Assembly: GCA_048013815.1 (NCBI GenBank) | Contig: CM106585.1 | Location: forward strand, 13,516,001-13,580,000 | DNA length: 64,000 nucleotides | Reading direction: 5' to 3' | From: Setoptus koraiensis | Lineage: Eukaryota > Animalia > Arthropoda | Shown here: piece by piece, positions 61,066 through 64,000 of the stretch | Position numbering within the stretch: the stretch's first letter is position 1 | How the letters are laid out: the number at the start of each line of letters is the position of its first letter | Position numbers and translations under genes: made by a program | The notes under the pieces: generated by a model | Told to the model about the DNA's origin: nothing | Seen by the model: the letters and a program-made list of their open reading frames with translations, nothing else | The model's database searches: none

Positions 61066-62761
61066 TCAATCAATATCCTCTTCCTCCGAATCGGGATAGG
61101 GATAATCGCCAAGCTTGTATCTTCTCCAATCAAGTAGTTTCTTTTCTTTTGCACATTCGGCAACCCAATGTTCACGCATTATTCGTCCGTTGTGACTAAT
61201 TACCTCATTGTATTTGGGCGTCCTCTTAAAAGCGCATCTGTGTTATAATGAAAAGAAATAATGGTTATTCCAATTATTAGTTGAGATGATAGATGGGTAT
61301 GCATATCGAAATCAATCGAGGTAAATGGAATCTTTAATTACATTAAATGTGTGCATCCAGAGTTCCAATCACGCTCATACTTTGCTCCCATGTTAATCGC
61401 TAAATCTCTCAATTGACTCCTGAGAGGATTGATGAAACCGCTCAAAACGAACACTACTCCATCCATTATCTTATCGAATGGCAGTATTTTGGGGTATATT
61501 TTCTTGCGCATTCGAACAGTTCCATTGTTGTTTCCGGCGCGACCAAAATCTGACGTGTCATCGCGCGAAACATCACTTGTATCATAAATAACTGGTTGCA
61601 CAACACAAACAATAGATTCATGAGTATCTCTTTCAATATTTGAATCACTTGTGTCATTAAGTCGGCTCGATAGATTAACTCGAGCTGTCGGTGTTCTTCT
61701 GGAAATATTAGTATCATCATGAGAAAACTGTTCGTTTCCTAATTGTAGAGAATTTTGAAAATTGGGGCTAGTATCGCTTCTCCTAGATACATTGTCGCTA
61801 TCTGTTGCCAACTTTTTTGACGTTCCTTGCTCTATAATGCTGTGGTCGTCTCCGTTGGAAGAGTTTGACAGGCGTCTCTGTCTTTTGGCGAAGAAGGAAC
61901 CTACTCTGAGACTCTCTTTGTTAGTATTGTCTCGTTGTCTCAGTTTGAACATCCCCAAATCTAGATTGGGCTCGGGTTCTTTGATGCTCTCGACACATGT
62001 TTCGTCTTTTGTCATTATATGAACATTACGTAGTCCGTAGCTAACGTTCTGTTGGAATGAAATGTTGGCATGTAAAAAAGCGATTTCAGAGATACCAGTT
62101 AGTTTCGGTTTAATTACGAGCATAGAAGAAGAAAATGAAGAAGATGGAAAAAATAAATTACCTTGTTAAATGTTTGCGTACAGACAAATTTGAATAGGTC
62201 CCATTTGTGTTTTCGTGTTTGTTCGTGTAGTAAGTCGTAGTCAAAACAGCGTTCTTTCAATCTGAAACTTTCAAACTTATTTGGCGACGACTGGAGGGGT
62301 GTCATAAGTGAAGATCGGGACAATATTAGCCGAAACTTGCGCTTTTCATTGGGCTCGACAAATTCTTGCGTTCGCGACACATAGACCTCAACAAACGCCG
62401 CACCATCGCTAGTGATCTTAAAGCCCTGAACGAAGACTTCGTCCTTTGTCTTTATGGTTATAGAGGCCTTGTCCACCCAAGAGTCGGTTCTCCAGGACCC
62501 GGAGCAGTCTATGAGGCTCTTGGCGGGATATCCTACATGCTGAACGATGGAATGTCAATGTCAACAGTTGAATGTGATGTCAGTAATAGTTCAATGAAAT
62601 GATTGTGCAGGCCACAAAAAATATAGTGCTTTACTTACGTCTTGACTGTTGCAATCGACAACTTGTTCCAATTCTGCTACATCGTCCGAGTCGTTGGCTT
62701 CCGAACGTCGACTGTCGTCTTGCGAGCTATGGGCATTTGATGTTGATGAGACCCCATCCAT
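61066..62761 (-). CDS. XRCC1: XRCC1 DNA-repair scaffold, 459 aa, 4 exons (NTD + BRCT1 only)
   Basis: Exons 62761-62639, 62539-62162, 62048-61342 and 61237-61066, all GT-AG, 1380 nt in frame. NTD VVDCNSQD...SDGAAFVEVYV...SSLMTP...KWD...VCTQTFN...YGL; BRCT1 MDGVVFVLSGFINPLRSQLRDLAINMGAKYERDW...THLICAFKRTPKY...GRIMREHWV. Confidence 0.92.
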
Positions 62762-63500
62762 TGTTTGTAGCTGTGGCCGACACGTTGAAGATGCCCAACT
62801 CCAATGGACCCTGATTTACTAGAGACTATTTGATGTGATATTATCCGATATTACTGTACACAGAGGAGAATAATAATAATAATAGGGGAAATTTTCATCA
62901 GCATTTTACACTCATCTACAGTATTTATTCGTACAGTATTATATTCGTGTGCACAGTCGTTTGCTCAAAACACACAATCAGCTGCCCCTTTGCGAACGCT
63001 TTTTTGCGCTCGACTGTGCGCACAAACACACGCATGGCCGCCATTTGCTGGCGCGTGCATAGTTGTGGGCAACTATGGTTCAAGCTGCATTGTGTCTAGT
63101 TGGCCGATTAAAAACTTGTTGGTTCGCTAATCGAACTAACGTATCATGCCCATACTGGCGCGATGACCCTGTAACCGGATCGAACTTTCGCACATTGGTG
63201 TATTCTATTATAGAATTTCTATAGGTGACCTTATGCGCAAAGTTAGAACATTATACCGAATAACCGATGAGCACCAAGTCGCCCGTTTAGAACCGAATGG
63301 ATCACATAATATCCCCTGTGGCCGCTTTTGCAGGGCATTTCTCGGAAAGATCGAGCAATGATTGTGACTGCACTGCGAATTCTTGGAGCGCTCCTCACTT
63401 AAGCAATCGAACGCGCGCTCGGATGATAGTCAAAGGCAAAGTATTTATTTCTGTGACAGTATATACATACATAAATTGGATAACATAATTAATAATTGTT

Positions 63501-63998
63501 TTATTCATTGGGATCACTAGAATCTATATCCAATCGCGACTCGGCTCCCTCAGATAATGATGTCTCATTGCGGGCGGCAGAAGTTGCTGTCGACGGCATG
63601 CCACTCGATTCGGTGGAACTAACAAATTCGGTTCCGTTTGCCAACGGATTCGGGCCCTCAATGATAGCCGAGCGAAACTCTTGAGATGAATCCACTTTTG
63701 GTGTGGTGTCACTGAATGAAGAATTTACACTCGCACCAGGACTACGCTCACTTATAAGAGAATTGGACCCCAGGATACCAGGAAGAGGACCATATAGATC
63801 TTCGTCTATTGAGATGATATTCTCGATCCACATTCTGTAGTGGGCTAAATTCACGTAGACACCAGGCACTCCGGCCTGTCCACAGCCTATTCCCCATGAA
63901 ACTAATCCGACAGCTTTGATGAGCCCATCTTGGACGCAATATAAACCGGAGCCACCGTCGCCCTCACAGGCATCTTTGCCTCCCTCGCCGCCAGCACA
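63501..63998 (-). CDS. C-terminal part of a non-catalytic serine protease homolog (masquerade/PPAF-like), truncated by the window edge
   Basis: Translation CAGGEGGKDACEGDGGSGLYC...GLVSWGIGCGQAGVPGVYVNLAHYRMWI; the catalytic GDSGG is replaced by GDGGS. Confidence 0.9.
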   Translation of the reverse strand, partial: CAGGEGGKDACEGDGGSGLYCVQDGLIKAVGLVSWGIGCGQAGVPGVYVNLAHYRMWIENIISIDEDLYGPLPGILGSNSLISERSPGASVNSSFSDTTPKVDSSQEFRSAIIEGPNPLANGTEFVSSTESSGMPSTATSAARNETSLSEGAESRLDIDSSDPNE

Positions 63999-64000
63999 TA

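Noticed and set aside
32262-61720. ORFs overlapping real genes, antisense or in another frame (e.g. 32262-32504, 34144-34455, 45384-46406, 52461-53045, 61466-61720)
   Set aside because: Shadow frames of genuine CDSs with no independent domain evidence.
63163-63250. miR-10-like seed ACCCTGTA with nearby inverted repeats
   Set aside because: The rest of the mature sequence does not match and no 3' arm pairs with the seed.
63075-63362. Two small plus-strand ORFs (49 aa and 42 aa) between XRCC1 and the protease homolog
   Set aside because: No recognisable family; joining them would require an implausible 27-nt intron.

Overview
Eukaryotic (not prokaryotic) DNA from a compact, intron-poor arthropod. 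It is most likely an acariform mite; this is an inference from a tramtrack-type BTB gene, a Mad/Mxi1 gene, a masquerade-like protease homolog, an nrf-6 gene and introns of only ~90-270 bp. The window has two halves. 1-29.8 kb is a microsatellite-rich gene desert with a single recognisable gene, an intronless Mad/Mxi1 repressor. 29.8-64 kb is gene-dense: CCCH-Tudor, BTB-ZnF, hexokinase, ankyrin-only Kidins220-like, nrf-6-like acyltransferase, AHCY, Nck, PDZ-RapGEF, HERPUD, mini-perilipin, XRCC1 and a partial serine-protease homolog. Exon structures were spliced by hand and close in frame. The most striking feature is an inverted, scrambled nrf-6 pseudogene that fills almost the entire gap between the convergent Nck and RapGEF stop codons. 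It is a mosaic of old (~80%), intermediate (~94%) and almost identical (3 differences in ~600 bp) copies of the parent gene 8 kb away. Also notable are three apparently domain-truncated conserved proteins (Kidins220, perilipin, XRCC1), a BTB protein with three GAGA-factor-like fingers, and several structured non-coding elements. No tRNA, rRNA, CRISPR array or intact transposon was recognised. Percent identities other than the 3/600 count are by-eye estimates.
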